Counted from the first letter of the stretch, positions 27,155 to 37,607 are shown. The stretch: DNA of 37,865 nt from a virus (IMGVR_UViG_2548876954_000011), one strand, 5' to 3'. The notes: generated from the letters alone by a model not told the origin. Numbers and translations: made by a program.

Positions 27155-27721
27155 ATGCTTATTGGCTATGTACGCGTGTCAACAAATGACCAGAACACCG
27201 ATTTGCAACGTAATGCACTGAACTGCGCGGGATGTGAGCGGATTTTTGAGGACAAAATCAGTGGCACTAAGTCCGACAGACCGGGGCTGAAAAAACTACT
27301 CAGGACACTATCGGCAGGAGACACGCTGGTTGTCTGGAAGCTGGACAGGTTGGGGCGCAGTATGCGACATCTTGTTACGCTGATAGAAGAGTTGCGCCAG
27401 CGTGGTGTGAATTTCAGAAGCCTGACTGACAGTATTGATACCAGTACCCCAATGGGCCGTTTCTTTTTTCATGTCATGGGTGCCCTGGCTGAAATGGAAC
27501 GCGAACTGATAGTTGAACGTACCAGGGCAGGGCTGGCTGCAGCTCGTGCCAAAGGCAGAGTAGGTGGACGCCGTCCTAAGTTGACCACCGAACAGTGGGC
27601 ACAGATTGGGCGTTTACTCGAGGCCGGAGAATCAAGACAGCGTATTGCACTGATTTTTGATGTAGGCGTTTCTACCATTTATAGAAAATTTCCGGCAAAT
27701 AAGATCAATGAATCCCCCTGA
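27155..27721 (+). CDS. Serine DNA invertase (Gin/Hin/Cin/Pin family)
   Basis: MLIGYVRVSTNDQNTDLQRNAL… is near-identical to my recollection of the Mu Gin N-terminus; catalytic Ser in YVRVST; C-terminal HTH; adjacent to the invertible fibre segment. Confidence 0.9.
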   Translation: MLIGYVRVSTNDQNTDLQRNALNCAGCERIFEDKISGTKSDRPGLKKLLRTLSAGDTLVVWKLDRLGRSMRHLVTLIEELRQRGVNFRSLTDSIDTSTPMGRFFFHVMGALAEMERELIVERTRAGLAAARAKGRVGGRRPKLTTEQWAQIGRLLEAGESRQRIALIFDVGVSTIYRKFPANKINESP

Positions 27722-27769
27722 ATCAGCATTATGTTGATTATCCCTGCAAGCAGACAAATACCGTTATTT

Positions 27770-27787
27770 TGTGTGAATAACGACACA
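27770..27787. promoter_or_regulatory. Ogr-type late promoter site upstream of FI
   Basis: TGTGTGAATAACGACACA (TGT-N12-ACA) about 85 bp upstream of the FI ATG at 27864. Confidence 0.45.
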
Positions 27788-27863
27788 ACTGCGCTTAGCT
27801 GTTTGTCAGGCACAATCACTTCAACATAGGGCGAAGCCTAATCCAATCAGGAGGTTCGCCACT

Positions 27864-29036
27864 ATGGCTCAGGATTACCACCACGGGGTGCGCGTTGTTG
27901 AAGTCAACGAAGGCACCCGATCTATTACCACGGTGAGCACCGCCATCGTGGGTATGGTCTGCACGGGCGATGATGCCGATGCAAAAATGTTTCCTCTTAA
28001 TAAACCCGTGCTGATCACTGATGTGCTGACTGCCAGCGGTAAAGCGGGTGAGTCAGGTACTCTGGCCCGTTCGCTGGATGCCATCGCTGACCAGGCAAAA
28101 CCCGTGACCATTGTTGTGCGTGTGCCGCAGGGTGAAACGGAAGACGAAACCACGACCAATATCATCGGCGCAGTGACTGCTGAAGGTAAAAAAACAGGTA
28201 TGAAAGCCCTGTTATCTGCCCAGTCACAGCTCGGCGTTAAACCGCGCATTCTCGGCGTGCCAGGCCACGACACCAAGGCGGTAGCTACTGAGTTGCTGAG
28301 CGTGGCGCAAAGCCTGCGTGGATTTGCTTACCTGTCAGCGTATGGCTGCAAGACAGTGCAGGAGGCGATCACTTACCGCGAAAACTTCAGCCAGCGCGAA
28401 GGGATGCTGATCTGGCCTGACTTTACTGGCTGGGACACGGTGCTGAATGCCGAAGCAACGGCATATGCTACCGCCCGTGCGCTTGGTCTGCGCGCCAAAA
28501 TTGACGAGCAGACCGGATGGCACAAAAGCCTGTCCAATGTGGGCGTGAACGGTGTCACCGGAATTTCTGCAGATGTGTTCTGGGATCTGCAGGACCCGGC
28601 AACCGATGCAGGTCTGCTGAACCAGAACGACGTCACCACGCTTGTGCGTAAAGACGGTTTCCGCTTCTGGGGTTCCCGCTGCCTGAGTGATGACCCGCTC
28701 TTTGCCTTCGAAAACTACACCCGCACGGCGCAGGTGCTGATGGACACGATGGCAGAAGCACACATGTGGGCGGTGGATAAACCGCTTAACCCGTCGCTGG
28801 CCCGCGACATTATCGAAGGTATCCGCGCCAAAATGCGCAACCTGGTCAGTCAGGGCTATCTCATTGGTGGTGATTGCTGGCTGGACGAGTCGGTGAACGA
28901 CAAAGACACGCTTAAAGCCGGAAAACTCACCATCGACTACGACTACACGCCAGTGCCGCCACTTGAAAATCTGATGCTGCGCCAGCGCATCACCGATCAG
29001 TACCTGGTGAATTTCGCCAGCCAGGTCAGCGCGTAA
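27864..29036 (+). CDS. FI: Tail sheath protein (P2 gpFI-like)
   Basis: 390 aa (P2 FI is about 396 aa); first gene of the tail operon. Confidence 0.9.
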   Translation: MAQDYHHGVRVVEVNEGTRSITTVSTAIVGMVCTGDDADAKMFPLNKPVLITDVLTASGKAGESGTLARSLDAIADQAKPVTIVVRVPQGETEDETTTNIIGAVTAEGKKTGMKALLSAQSQLGVKPRILGVPGHDTKAVATELLSVAQSLRGFAYLSAYGCKTVQEAITYRENFSQREGMLIWPDFTGWDTVLNAEATAYATARALGLRAKIDEQTGWHKSLSNVGVNGVTGISADVFWDLQDPATDAGLLNQNDVTTLVRKDGFRFWGSRCLSDDPLFAFENYTRTAQVLMDTMAEAHMWAVDKPLNPSLARDIIEGIRAKMRNLVSQGYLIGGDCWLDESVNDKDTLKAGKLTIDYDYTPVPPLENLMLRQRITDQYLVNFASQVSA

Positions 29037-29045
29037 GGGGACAAC

Positions 29046-29561
29046 ATGGCTTTACCACGTAAATTAAAACATCTGAACTTGTTTAACGACGGGAACAACT
29101 GGCAGGGGATCGTTGAGTCGCTGACGCTGCCGAAATTCACCCGCAAATATGAGAAGTATCGCGGCGGCGGTATGCCGGGGGCGGTGGATGTGGATCTGGG
29201 ACTGGATGACAGTGCACTGGATACAGAATTTTCCATTGGTGGTACTGAACTGCTGCTGTTTAAGCAGATGGGCAAATCCACGGTGGATGGCATCCAGCTG
29301 CGCTTTACCGGCTCTATCCAGCGTGACGATACCGGGGAAGTGCAGGCCGTGGAGCTTGTCGTGCGTGGACGTCACAAAGAAGTGGATTCCGGCGAGTGGA
29401 AGACGGGCGAAAGCAACACCACCAAAGTGACCAGTACCAACAGCTACGCGAAGCTGACCATCAATGGTGAGGTGCTCTATGAAGTGGACCTTATCAACAT
29501 GGTGGAAATTGTGGACGGTGTGGACCTGATGGAAGCGCACCGCAACGCCCTCGGCCTCTGA
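29046..29561 (+). CDS. FII: Tail tube protein (P2 gpFII-like)
   Basis: 171 aa (P2 FII is about 172 aa). Confidence 0.9.
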   Translation: MALPRKLKHLNLFNDGNNWQGIVESLTLPKFTRKYEKYRGGGMPGAVDVDLGLDDSALDTEFSIGGTELLLFKQMGKSTVDGIQLRFTGSIQRDDTGEVQAVELVVRGRHKEVDSGEWKTGESNTTKVTSTNSYAKLTINGEVLYEVDLINMVEIVDGVDLMEAHRNALGL

Positions 29562-29615
29562 TATATCTGAACGGCGCGGAATGCCGCGCCAGAACCTAAT
29601 TTACAGGACAACAAA

Positions 29616-29918
29616 ATGAGCGATAAACAGACTGAAAAGACCATTCAACTGGATACCCCCATCATGCGCGGTAAAACAGAAATTACCGAAATTGTGTTGC
29701 GTAAACCGCAGTCTGGTGCGCTGCGCGGCACACGCCTGCAGGCCATTATGGATATGGATGTGAACGCGATGATGACCGTGATCCCCCGCATCTCCAGTCC
29801 GGCACTGACTGCACAGGAAATCGCAGAGATGGACCCGGCAGATCTCACAGCCATGTCGGTTGAGGTTGTCACTTTTTTGTTGAAGAAGTCGGTGCTTGCC
29901 GGTTTACCGACAGCCTGA
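29616..29918 (+). CDS. E: Tail assembly chaperone (P2 gpE-like)
   Basis: 100 aa immediately upstream of the tape-measure gene; contains the slippery site. Confidence 0.8.
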   Translation: MSDKQTEKTIQLDTPIMRGKTEITEIVLRKPQSGALRGTRLQAIMDMDVNAMMTVIPRISSPALTAQEIAEMDPADLTAMSVEVVTFLLKKSVLAGLPTA

Positions 29919-30052
29919 CGGTTGACGATCTGGTGGCAGATATCGCCACCATTTTTCACTGGCCGCCATCCGTTACTGACGTTATGCCGCTGACCGAAGT
30001 GCTGGAATGGCGGTATAAAGCGATTCAGAGAAGCGGGGCCAACGATGAGTGA
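29616..30052 (+). CDS. gpE+E' -1 frameshift extension product (tail assembly chaperone, long form)
   Basis: Slippery heptamer TTTTTTG at 29874-29880; the -1 frame stays open to a TGA at 30050-30052 (…FFVEEVGACRFTDSLTVDDLVADIATIFHWPPSVTDVMPLTEVLEWRYKAIQRSGANDE), overlapping the T start; this is the conserved E/E' (lambda G/GT-like) arrangement. Confidence 0.55.
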
Positions 30053-33000
30053 TAACAACCTGCGTCTGCAGGTCATTCTTAATGCGGTTGACAAGCTCAC
30101 CCGCCCATTTCGATCTGCGCAGGCCAGTTCAAGAGAACTGGCTGCTGCTGTCAAAAAATCCCGCGATGCAATAAAGCAGCTTGATCAGGCCGGGAGCAGT
30201 CTGGACAGCTTCCGAAAGCTGCAGGCAGAAAATCAGAAATTAGGCGACAGGCTGAACTATGCCCGCCAGCGTGCAAATTTGCTCAGTCAGGAACTGGGAG
30301 CGATGGGGCCGCCTTCGCAACGTCAGGTTGTTGCTCTGGGCCGTCAACGGCTGGCTGTTCAGCGCCTGGAAGAACGCCAGAAAAAGCTGCAGCAGCAGAC
30401 GGCGCTTGTGCGTGCTGAACTGTACCGGGCGGGAATTTCTGCGAAAGACGATGCGGGAGCAACTGCCCGTTTAGCCCGTGAAACATCACGTTATAACCAG
30501 GAACTTTCGAAACAGGAGGCGCGGCTGAAGCGACTGGGGGAAGCTCAGCGCAGGATGAATGCAGCGCGTGCCAGTTATGCCCGTTCGCTGGAGGTGCGTG
30601 ATCGTATTGCAGGTGCCGGAGCCACCACCACGGCTGCAGGGCTGGCAATGGGTGCGCCAGTGATGGCGGCAGTAAAAAGCTATACCAGCATGGAAGATGC
30701 CATGAAAGGTGTGGCAAAGCAGGTCAATGGTCTGCGTGACGATAATGGCAACCGCACTGCACGTTTTTATGAAATGCAGGATGCCATCAAGGCTGCCAGC
30801 GAATAGTTGCCGATGGAAAACGGTGCGGTGGACTTCGCTGCACTGGTTGAAGGTGGTGCGCGCATGAACGTCGCAAACCCTGACGACAGCTGGGAAGATC
30901 AGAAACGTGACCTGCTGGCCTTCGCCAGTACGGCAGCAAAGGCGGCAACAGCCTTTGAGCTGCCAGCGGATGAACTGTCAGAAAGTCTGGGGAAAATCGC
31001 CCAGCTCTACAAAATCCCCACCCGCAATATTGAACAGCTCGGTGATGCGCTGAACTATCTGGATGATAACGCCATGTCGAAAGGGGCAGACATCATTGAT
31101 GTGATGCAACGTCTGGGCGGTGTGGCTGACCGTCTGGATTATCGTAAAGCGGCGGCGCTGGGTTCCACCTTCCTGACACTGGGCGCTGCGCCAGAGGTTG
31201 CAGCCAGTGCAGCAAACGCGATGGTGCGTGAATTGTCCATTGCCACCATGCAAAGCAAGAGTTTCTTTGAAGGGATGAATCTGCTGAAACTCAATCCTGA
31301 AGTGATTGAAAAGCAGATGACGAAGGATGCGATGGGAACCATCCAGCGCGTGCTGGAGAAGGTAAACGCGCTGCCGCAGGACAAGCGCCTGTCTGCCATG
31401 ACTATGTTGTTTGGTAAAGAGTTTGGCGATGACGCGGCGAAACTGGCAAACAACCTGCCGGAACTGCAGCGTCAGTTAAAACTGACAGCGGGCAATGATG
31501 CGCTCGGCTCCATGCAGAAAGAATCCGACATTAACAAGGATTCACTTTCTGCGCAGTGGTTGCTGGTCAAAACCGGAGCGCAGAACACCTTCAGCAGCCT
31601 GGGCGAAACGCTGCGCCAGCCGCTGATGGATATTCTGTACACGGTGAAAAGCGTCACGGGGGCGTTGCGTCGCTGGGTGGAAGCTAACCCGGAACTGACA
31701 GGCACACTGATGAAAGCATCGGCTGTTGTGGCTGCGGTTACCGTCGGCCTCGGCACCTTAGCGGTGGCGCTGGCTGCAGTGCTGGGGCCGCTGGCAGTGA
31801 TCCGTCTGGGATTCTCTGTGTTGGGTATCAAAACGTTATCTTCCGTTACGGCAGCAGTAACTCGAACCAGCAGCGCGTTGTCCTGGCTGGCTGGCGCGCC
31901 ACTGGCACTGCTGCGACGCGGGCTTGCTTCATCGGGCAACGCCGCAGGTTTACTTACTGCGCCGTTGTCGTCTTTGCGCCGCACGGCATCACTGACGGGA
32001 AATGTCCTGAAAACTGTAGCAGGTGCGCCGGTTGCACTTTTGCGGTCTGGATTATCCGGTTTACGTGCTGTTGCTGTGATGTTTATGAATCCTCTGGCGG
32101 TACTGCGCGGTGGACTGGCCGCCGCAGGCACGGTGCTGCGAGTACTGGCATCTGGTCCACTGGCGATGCTGCGCGTTGCCCTGTATGCCATATCTGGTCT
32201 GTTAGGTGCTCTGCTCAGTCCGATAGGTCTTGTGGTTACTGCACTGGCGGGCGTGGCGCTGGTTGTCTGGAAATACTGGCAACCCATCACCGCATTTCTC
32301 GGTGGCGTGGTGGAAGGATTCAAAGCGGCGGCAGGTCCCATCAGTGCAGCGTTCGAACCGCTTAAGCCCGTGTTCCAGTGGATTGGCGACAAAGTGCAGG
32401 CGCTGTGGGGCTGGTTTACTGATCTGCTGACGCCCGTTAAGTCGACCTCTGCCGAACTGCAGAGCGCAGCGGCAATGGGGCGACGATTCGGGGAGGCACT
32501 GGCAGAAGGGCTGAATATGGTCATGCATCCGCTGGACTCCCTGAAATCCGGCGTTTCCTGGTTGCTGGAGAAACTCGGCATTGTCAGTAAAGAGGCTGCA
32601 AAGGCGAAACTGCCGGAAAGCGTGACGCGTCAGCAACCTGCGACGGTGAATGCAGACGGTAAAGTGATGATGCCATCGGGTGATTTTCCGTCATGGGGAT
32701 ATGGCTTTGCGGGGATGTATGACAGCGGCGGCTATATCCCGCGCGGGCAGTTTGGCATCGTCGGTGAAAACGGGCCGGAAATTGTTAACGGCCCGGCAAA
32801 CGTGACCAGCCGGAGAAATACAGCTGCACTGGCTGCCGTTGTCGCCGGAATGATGGGTGTTGCTGCCGCGCCAGCAGAGCTTCCACCGTTGCATCCTTTG
32901 GCGCTTCCCGCAAAAGGCGGTGAAGCGATGGTGAGTCGTGCAGCTACTGTGCCGCCCATTTACCGGATTGAAGCACCGACGCAGATCATCATCCAGACAC

Positions 33001-33122
33001 AGCCAGGACAAAGTGCGCAGGATATTGCGCGGGAGGTGGCCCGCCAGCTTGATGAACGTGAACGCAGGCTGAAGGCAAAAGCCAGGAGTAACTACAGCGA
33101 TCAGGGGGGATACGACGCATGA
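30045..33122 (+). pseudogene. T: Tail tape-measure protein (P2 gpT-like) interrupted by an in-frame TAG at 30804-30806
   Basis: ORFs 30045-30806 and 30807-33122 are in the same frame, separated only by TAG (…DAIKAASE*LPMENGAVDF…); together about 1025 codons with tape-measure features (N-terminal coiled coil, long Ala/Gly/Leu-rich helical repeats). Could be a nonsense mutation, a sequencing error or suppressor-dependent readthrough. Confidence 0.5.
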
Positions 33123-33604
33123 TGATGGTGCTGGGATTGTACGTGTTTATGCTGCGCACCGTGCCGTATCAGGAGCTGCAGTATCAACGCAGCTGGCGAC
33201 ATGCGGCAAACAGCCGGGTAAACCGACGTCCGTCCACGCAGTTTCTGGGACCGGACAACGACATGCTGACGCTTTCCGGTGTTCTTATGCCGGAGATAAC
33301 AGGTGGCAGGCTGTCGTTGCTGGCACTGGAGCAGATGGCAGAACAGGGGAAAGCATGGCCCCTGATTGAAGGCAGTGGCACGATTTATGGCATGTATGTG
33401 ATTGAGGGACTGAATCAGACTAAAACGGAGTTTTTCCGCGACGGTATGCCGCGCCGGATTGAGTTCACCCTGTCGCTCAAACGGGTGGATGAATCCCTGT
33501 CCGATATATTCGGTGATCTCAGTGCGCAACTGAATAATCTGCAGGACACAGCAACGTCTGCCTTAAGCGATATCAGTAAAACGGTGGGAGGGCTGCTGTC
33601 ATGA
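33119..33604 (+). CDS. U: Tail protein U (P2 gpU-like)
   Basis: 161 aa (P2 U is about 159 aa); overlaps the T stop. Confidence 0.85.
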   Translation: MMMVLGLYVFMLRTVPYQELQYQRSWRHAANSRVNRRPSTQFLGPDNDMLTLSGVLMPEITGGRLSLLALEQMAEQGKAWPLIEGSGTIYGMYVIEGLNQTKTEFFRDGMPRRIEFTLSLKRVDESLSDIFGDLSAQLNNLQDTATSALSDISKTVGGLLS

Positions 33605-34701
33605 ATTTCAGCTCTGAACTGCTTAACAAAGGCAACAAAACTCCCGCATTCAGCATCAGTATTGAGGGCAGGGATATCACCACTGTGCTGGATAACCGCC
33701 TGATGAGTTTGACGCTGACGGACAATCGGGGCTTTGAAGCGGACCAGCTTGATCTGGAGCTGGACGACGCCGACGGAAAAATCGTGCTGCCGCGCCGTGG
33801 TGCGGTTATTACGCTGGCGCTGGGCTGGAAGGGGCAGCCGCTTTTCCCGAAAGGGGCATTCACGGTGGACGAGATTGAACACACTGGCGCACCGGACCGC
33901 CTGACTATCCGGGCGCGAAGTGCTGATTTTCGTGAAACGCTGAATACCCGCCGTGAAAAGTCGTGGCACAAGACCACCGTCGGGGAAGTGGTGAAGGAAA
34001 TAGCTGTGCGGCACAAACTGAAGATGGCATTGGGTAAAGACCTGTCAGATAAACCCGTGGAACATATAGACCAGACCAATGAGAGTGACGGCAGTTTTCT
34101 GATGCGGCTGGCGCGCCAGTACGGTGCTATTGCGTCGGTGAAAAATGGCAATCTGTTATTCATCCGGCAGGGACAGGGTAAAAGCGCCAGCGGTAAACCA
34201 CTACCGGTTATCACTATCACACGTAAGGACGGCGACAGTCACCGCTTTACCCTGGCAGATCGCGGAGCCTACACGGGCGTAATTGCCAGCTGGTTGCATA
34301 CCCGCGAACCCGCGAAGAATGAAAGCACCACGGTGAAGCGTAAGCGCAGGACTAAGAAGCAGAAGAAAGAGCCGGAAGCGAAGCAGGGCGATTACCTGGT
34401 GGGTACAGATGAAAACGTGCTGGTACTTAATCGCACCTATGCCAACCGGAGCAACGCCGAACGGGCGGCGAAAATGCAGTGGGAACGCCTGCAACGCGGC
34501 GTTGCGTCATTCTCGCTACAACTGGCAGAAGGTCGGGCAGATCTCTACACGGAAATGCCAGTGAAAGTCAGTGGCTTTAAACAGCCGATAGATGATGCGG
34601 AATGGACCATTACGACTCTGACGCATACCGTCAGCCCCGATAACGGTTTTACAACCAGTCTGGAGCTTGAAGTGAGGATTGATGATTTCGAAATGGAATG
34701 A
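33601..34701 (+). CDS. D: Tail protein D (P2 gpD-like)
   Basis: 366 aa; last structural gene before ogr. Confidence 0.85.
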   Translation: MNFSSELLNKGNKTPAFSISIEGRDITTVLDNRLMSLTLTDNRGFEADQLDLELDDADGKIVLPRRGAVITLALGWKGQPLFPKGAFTVDEIEHTGAPDRLTIRARSADFRETLNTRREKSWHKTTVGEVVKEIAVRHKLKMALGKDLSDKPVEHIDQTNESDGSFLMRLARQYGAIASVKNGNLLFIRQGQGKSASGKPLPVITITRKDGDSHRFTLADRGAYTGVIASWLHTREPAKNESTTVKRKRRTKKQKKEPEAKQGDYLVGTDENVLVLNRTYANRSNAERAAKMQWERLQRGVASFSLQLAEGRADLYTEMPVKVSGFKQPIDDAEWTITTLTHTVSPDNGFTTSLELEVRIDDFEME

Positions 34702-34791
34702 TTCTTCGCAATGGAGAACTTTTAAGTTTGCAAAATGGAATAATGCGGTATCATTATTGTGAATTTAGCAAAAATGGGGAGAACTCGAAAA

Positions 34792-35010
34792 ATGATGATT
34801 TGCCCACTGTGTGGAAGTGCCGCCCATACTCGCAGCAGTTTTCAGGTATCTTCATTGACCAAAGAGCGTTACAACCAGTGCCAGAACATTAACTGCAGCC
34901 ATACTTTTGTTACCCATGAAACTTTTGTTCGTTCGATTGCAACGCCAAAAGAGTCAAATCCGGTTCAGCCGCATCCAATGAAATCAGGACAGGTGGCGCT
35001 CTCTCTTTGA
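34792..35010 (+). CDS. ogr: Late gene transcriptional activator, zinc-finger (P2 Ogr / 186 B-like)
   Basis: 72 aa from the ATG at 34792; CPLCGSAAH…CQNINCSH zinc-binding motif, resembling P2 Ogr (…CPLCQHAAH…CQNVNCS…). Confidence 0.8.
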   Translation: MMICPLCGSAAHTRSSFQVSSLTKERYNQCQNINCSHTFVTHETFVRSIATPKESNPVQPHPMKSGQVALSL

Positions 35011-35096
35011 CGCTGCCGCCATTTTGTCGCCATCGTTAAAAAACAGTGTTTCTAACGTCATGATTTTAAACAGCTTAAATTTCAGGCAACAAAAAA

Positions 35097-35133
35097 CCCA
35101 TCAACCTTGAACCGAAATGGCGGGGTTGATGGG
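35097..35133 (-). terminator. Hairpin followed by a T-run on the minus strand (possible ybjL terminator and/or part of the prophage-host junction)
   Basis: CCCATCAACC…GGTTGATGGG 10-bp stem with a 17-nt loop; AAAAAA on the plus side (TTTTTT on minus) at 35091-35096; about 110 bp downstream of the ybjL stop. Confidence 0.35.
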
Positions 35134-35245
35134 CTCCACAAAATGGGGACATCAAAGAAAAGCAGTGGCACTAATTAAGACTGATGCCCTGCGGAAAAGT
35201 TCTGCGGTTGTGCAAAAAAATTTCATTTTCAGGGCAACTTCAGTT

Positions 35246-36931
35246 TTATCCTAATCCTGGCCATACCATGACGATGATTGTCCCTGCCAGCGTCAGCAGG
35301 ACGTTGGCGATTGCATAGGTGCCCGCATAGCCCAGCGCCGGGATGTTACTGCGAGCTGTATCACTGATGATCTCCATTGCCGGCGCGCAGGTGCGTGCGC
35401 CCATCATTGCGCCGAACAACAGTGCGCGGTTCATTCGCAATACATAAGCACCGAACAAGAAACAGATAACCACTGGCACAAGACTGACAATCAATCCGGC
35501 AATCAACATCTGACCGCCAATCGCGCCCAGGCCGTTATTAATACCGCTACCGGCGCTCAGACCAACGCCTGCCATAAACACCATTAAGCCGAACTCTTTC
35601 ACCATGCTTAATGCACCCTGCGGAATGTAACCGAAGGTCGGGTGGTTAGCGCGCATAAATCCCAGCATAATTCCGGCGAATAACAACCCGGCAGCGTTCC
35701 CCATGCCGAAACTGAATGTGCTGAACTGGAAGGTGATCATCCCGATCATCAGCCCAATAACAAAGAAGGCGCAGAATGCCAGCAAGTCAGTGACCTGGCT
35801 GTGAATCGAGATAAAGCCGATGCGATCGGCGATGGTTTTTACGCGACGGGCATCGCCGCTGACTTGTAAAACGTCACCTTTGTTAAGCACGACGTTGTCA
35901 TCTATCGGCATCTCAATCTGGCTACGAATGACGCGGTTAAGGAAGCAACCGTGATCGGTCAACTTCAGTTGTGCGAGACGTTTGCCCACGGCGTTATGGT
36001 TTTTAACGACCACTTCTTCAGTGACGATACGCATGTCGAGAAGGTCACGATCGAAAACTTCTTTGCCGTTACGGAAGCTGGGATCGAGTCGTGCGTGGGC
36101 GTCGGGATAGCCTACCAACGCTATTTCATCGCCCATTTGTAGCACAGCATCACCGTCTGGATTCGCCAGAATCCCGTTACGTCGAATACGTTCAATGTAG
36201 CAGCCAGTTTGTCGATAAATACCCAGTTCACGCAGATTTTTGCCGTCGGTCCAGGCCACCAGCTCCGGGCCGACGCGGTAGGCGCGGATCACCGGTAAAT
36301 AAACCTTACGGTTGGCATCAGTGTCCAGACCACGTTCGCGGGCGATTTGCTGGGCGCTGGTCTGTAAGTCCTGATGCTGCAATTTCGGCAAGTAACGCGC
36401 ACCAACAATCAAACTCACCAGACCGATTAAATAGGTTAAGGCATACCCGAGGCTCAGATTATCCAGTGCCAGTGAGAGCTGCCTGCTTTCCATGCCGGAA
36501 TGACGCAGTGTATCGCCAGCACCGACCAGAACCGGTGTCGACGTCATAGAGCCAGCTAACATACCGGCCGTCAGGCCAATATCCCAGCCAAACAGCTTAC
36601 CTAACCCTAAGGCGATCACCAGCGCACTGCCAACCATCACCAGTGCTAACATTAGGTAATTTTTCCCATCGCGAAAAAAAATGGAAAAAAAGTTCGGTCC
36701 GGCTTCGACCCCGACGCAGAAAATAAACAGCATAAAGCCAAGATTAAGCGCGTCGGTGTTAATGCTGAAATGTTGTTGGCCTAATAACAGCGATACGACT
36801 AAAACGCCAATGGAATTACCCAGTTGGATCGAACCAAGTCGTAATTTCCCGAGACATAGCCCAAGCGCGAGGACCACAAATAATAACAGAATGTAATTCC
36901 CATTTAACAATTCGGCGACGTTTATATTCAC
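35246..36931 (-). CDS. ybjL: Putative transport protein YbjL (host)
   Basis: 561 aa, N-terminus [39 protein letters not shown]… matches the E. coli YbjL inner-membrane transporter in length and sequence as I recall it. Confidence 0.85.
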
Positions 36932-37200
36932 GGAGGCTAACTTCTTGTTTACTAGTAAGCTGTTGAAAGAAATGGTAATTTACGATAATGTTTTTTACCA
37001 GAATTCAGGGCGCAGATTCATTCAGCGCACCTAAACGATAGTAAAGTAACAATATATTTTACTAGTGTAATCACATTAGGTATCAACGGCTATATGAATT
37101 GCGTTGGCCTATATTAGCATGGAATGCGAAGCGGCTTTATCTTACTGAACGCCACACTGGCGAAAAATGTGTTCGATAGACGCAGTGTCAGGAGGAACGA

Positions 37201-37578
37201 GTGAAACATAAACAACGTTGGGCGGGGGCAATTTGCTGTTTTGTCCTCTTCATTGTGGTGTGTCTTTTTCTGGCGACGCACATGAAAGGCGCTTTTCGGG
37301 CTGCCGGGCATCCTGAAATCGGTTTGCTATTTTTCATTCTTCCTGGTGCAGTTGCCAGCTTCTTTTCACATCGTAGAGAAGTCCTGAAACCTCTGTTTGG
37401 CGCAATGCTGGCGGCACCCTGTTCGATGCTCATTATGCGGCTGTTTTTTTCACCGACGCGCTCATTCTGGCAAGAGCTGGCATGGTTATTAAGTGCGGTG
37501 TTCTGGTGTGCGCTGGGGGCATTGTGTTTCTTATTTATCAGTAGTTTGTTTAAACCACAGCACAGAAAAAATCAATAA
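37201..37578 (+). CDS. ybjM: Inner membrane protein YbjM (host)
   Basis: 125 aa hydrophobic protein between ybjL and grxA, as in the E. coli K-12 gene order. Confidence 0.7.
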   Translation: MKHKQRWAGAICCFVLFIVVCLFLATHMKGAFRAAGHPEIGLLFFILPGAVASFFSHRREVLKPLFGAMLAAPCSMLIMRLFFSPTRSFWQELAWLLSAVFWCALGALCFLFISSLFKPQHRKNQ

Positions 37579-37600
37579 AGCCCTCAACGCGAGGGCTTGT
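37578..37600. terminator. Bidirectional rho-independent terminator between the convergent ybjM and grxA
   Basis: AAGCCCTC-AACGC-GAGGGCTT hairpin flanked by A/T on both sides. Confidence 0.5.
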
Positions 37601-37607
37601 CAGACGA

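Larger units (their letters stand above)
1..35245. mobile_element. P2/186-like temperate prophage; left end (attL) lies beyond the window start, right end lies somewhere between ogr (35010) and ybjL (35246)
   Basis: Integrase at the left edge; P2-type late gene order Q,P / O,N,M,L,X / lysis / R,S / V,W,J,I,H,G / FI,FII,E,T,U,D,ogr; host genes ybjL-ybjM-grxA follow. attR core cannot be defined without attL. Confidence 0.85.

Noticed and set aside
30045-30806. Treating the first tape-measure ORF as an independent small tail gene
   Set aside because: The second ORF begins at the very next codon in the same frame (TTG, with no ribosome-binding site) and P2-type tail operons have a single T gene between E' and U; an interrupted single gene fits better.
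35097-35133. Possible tRNA 3' fragment marking attR
   Set aside because: No GGTTCGAATCC-like T-arm or CCA-end context; the structure is better explained as a terminator hairpin with a minus-strand T-run.
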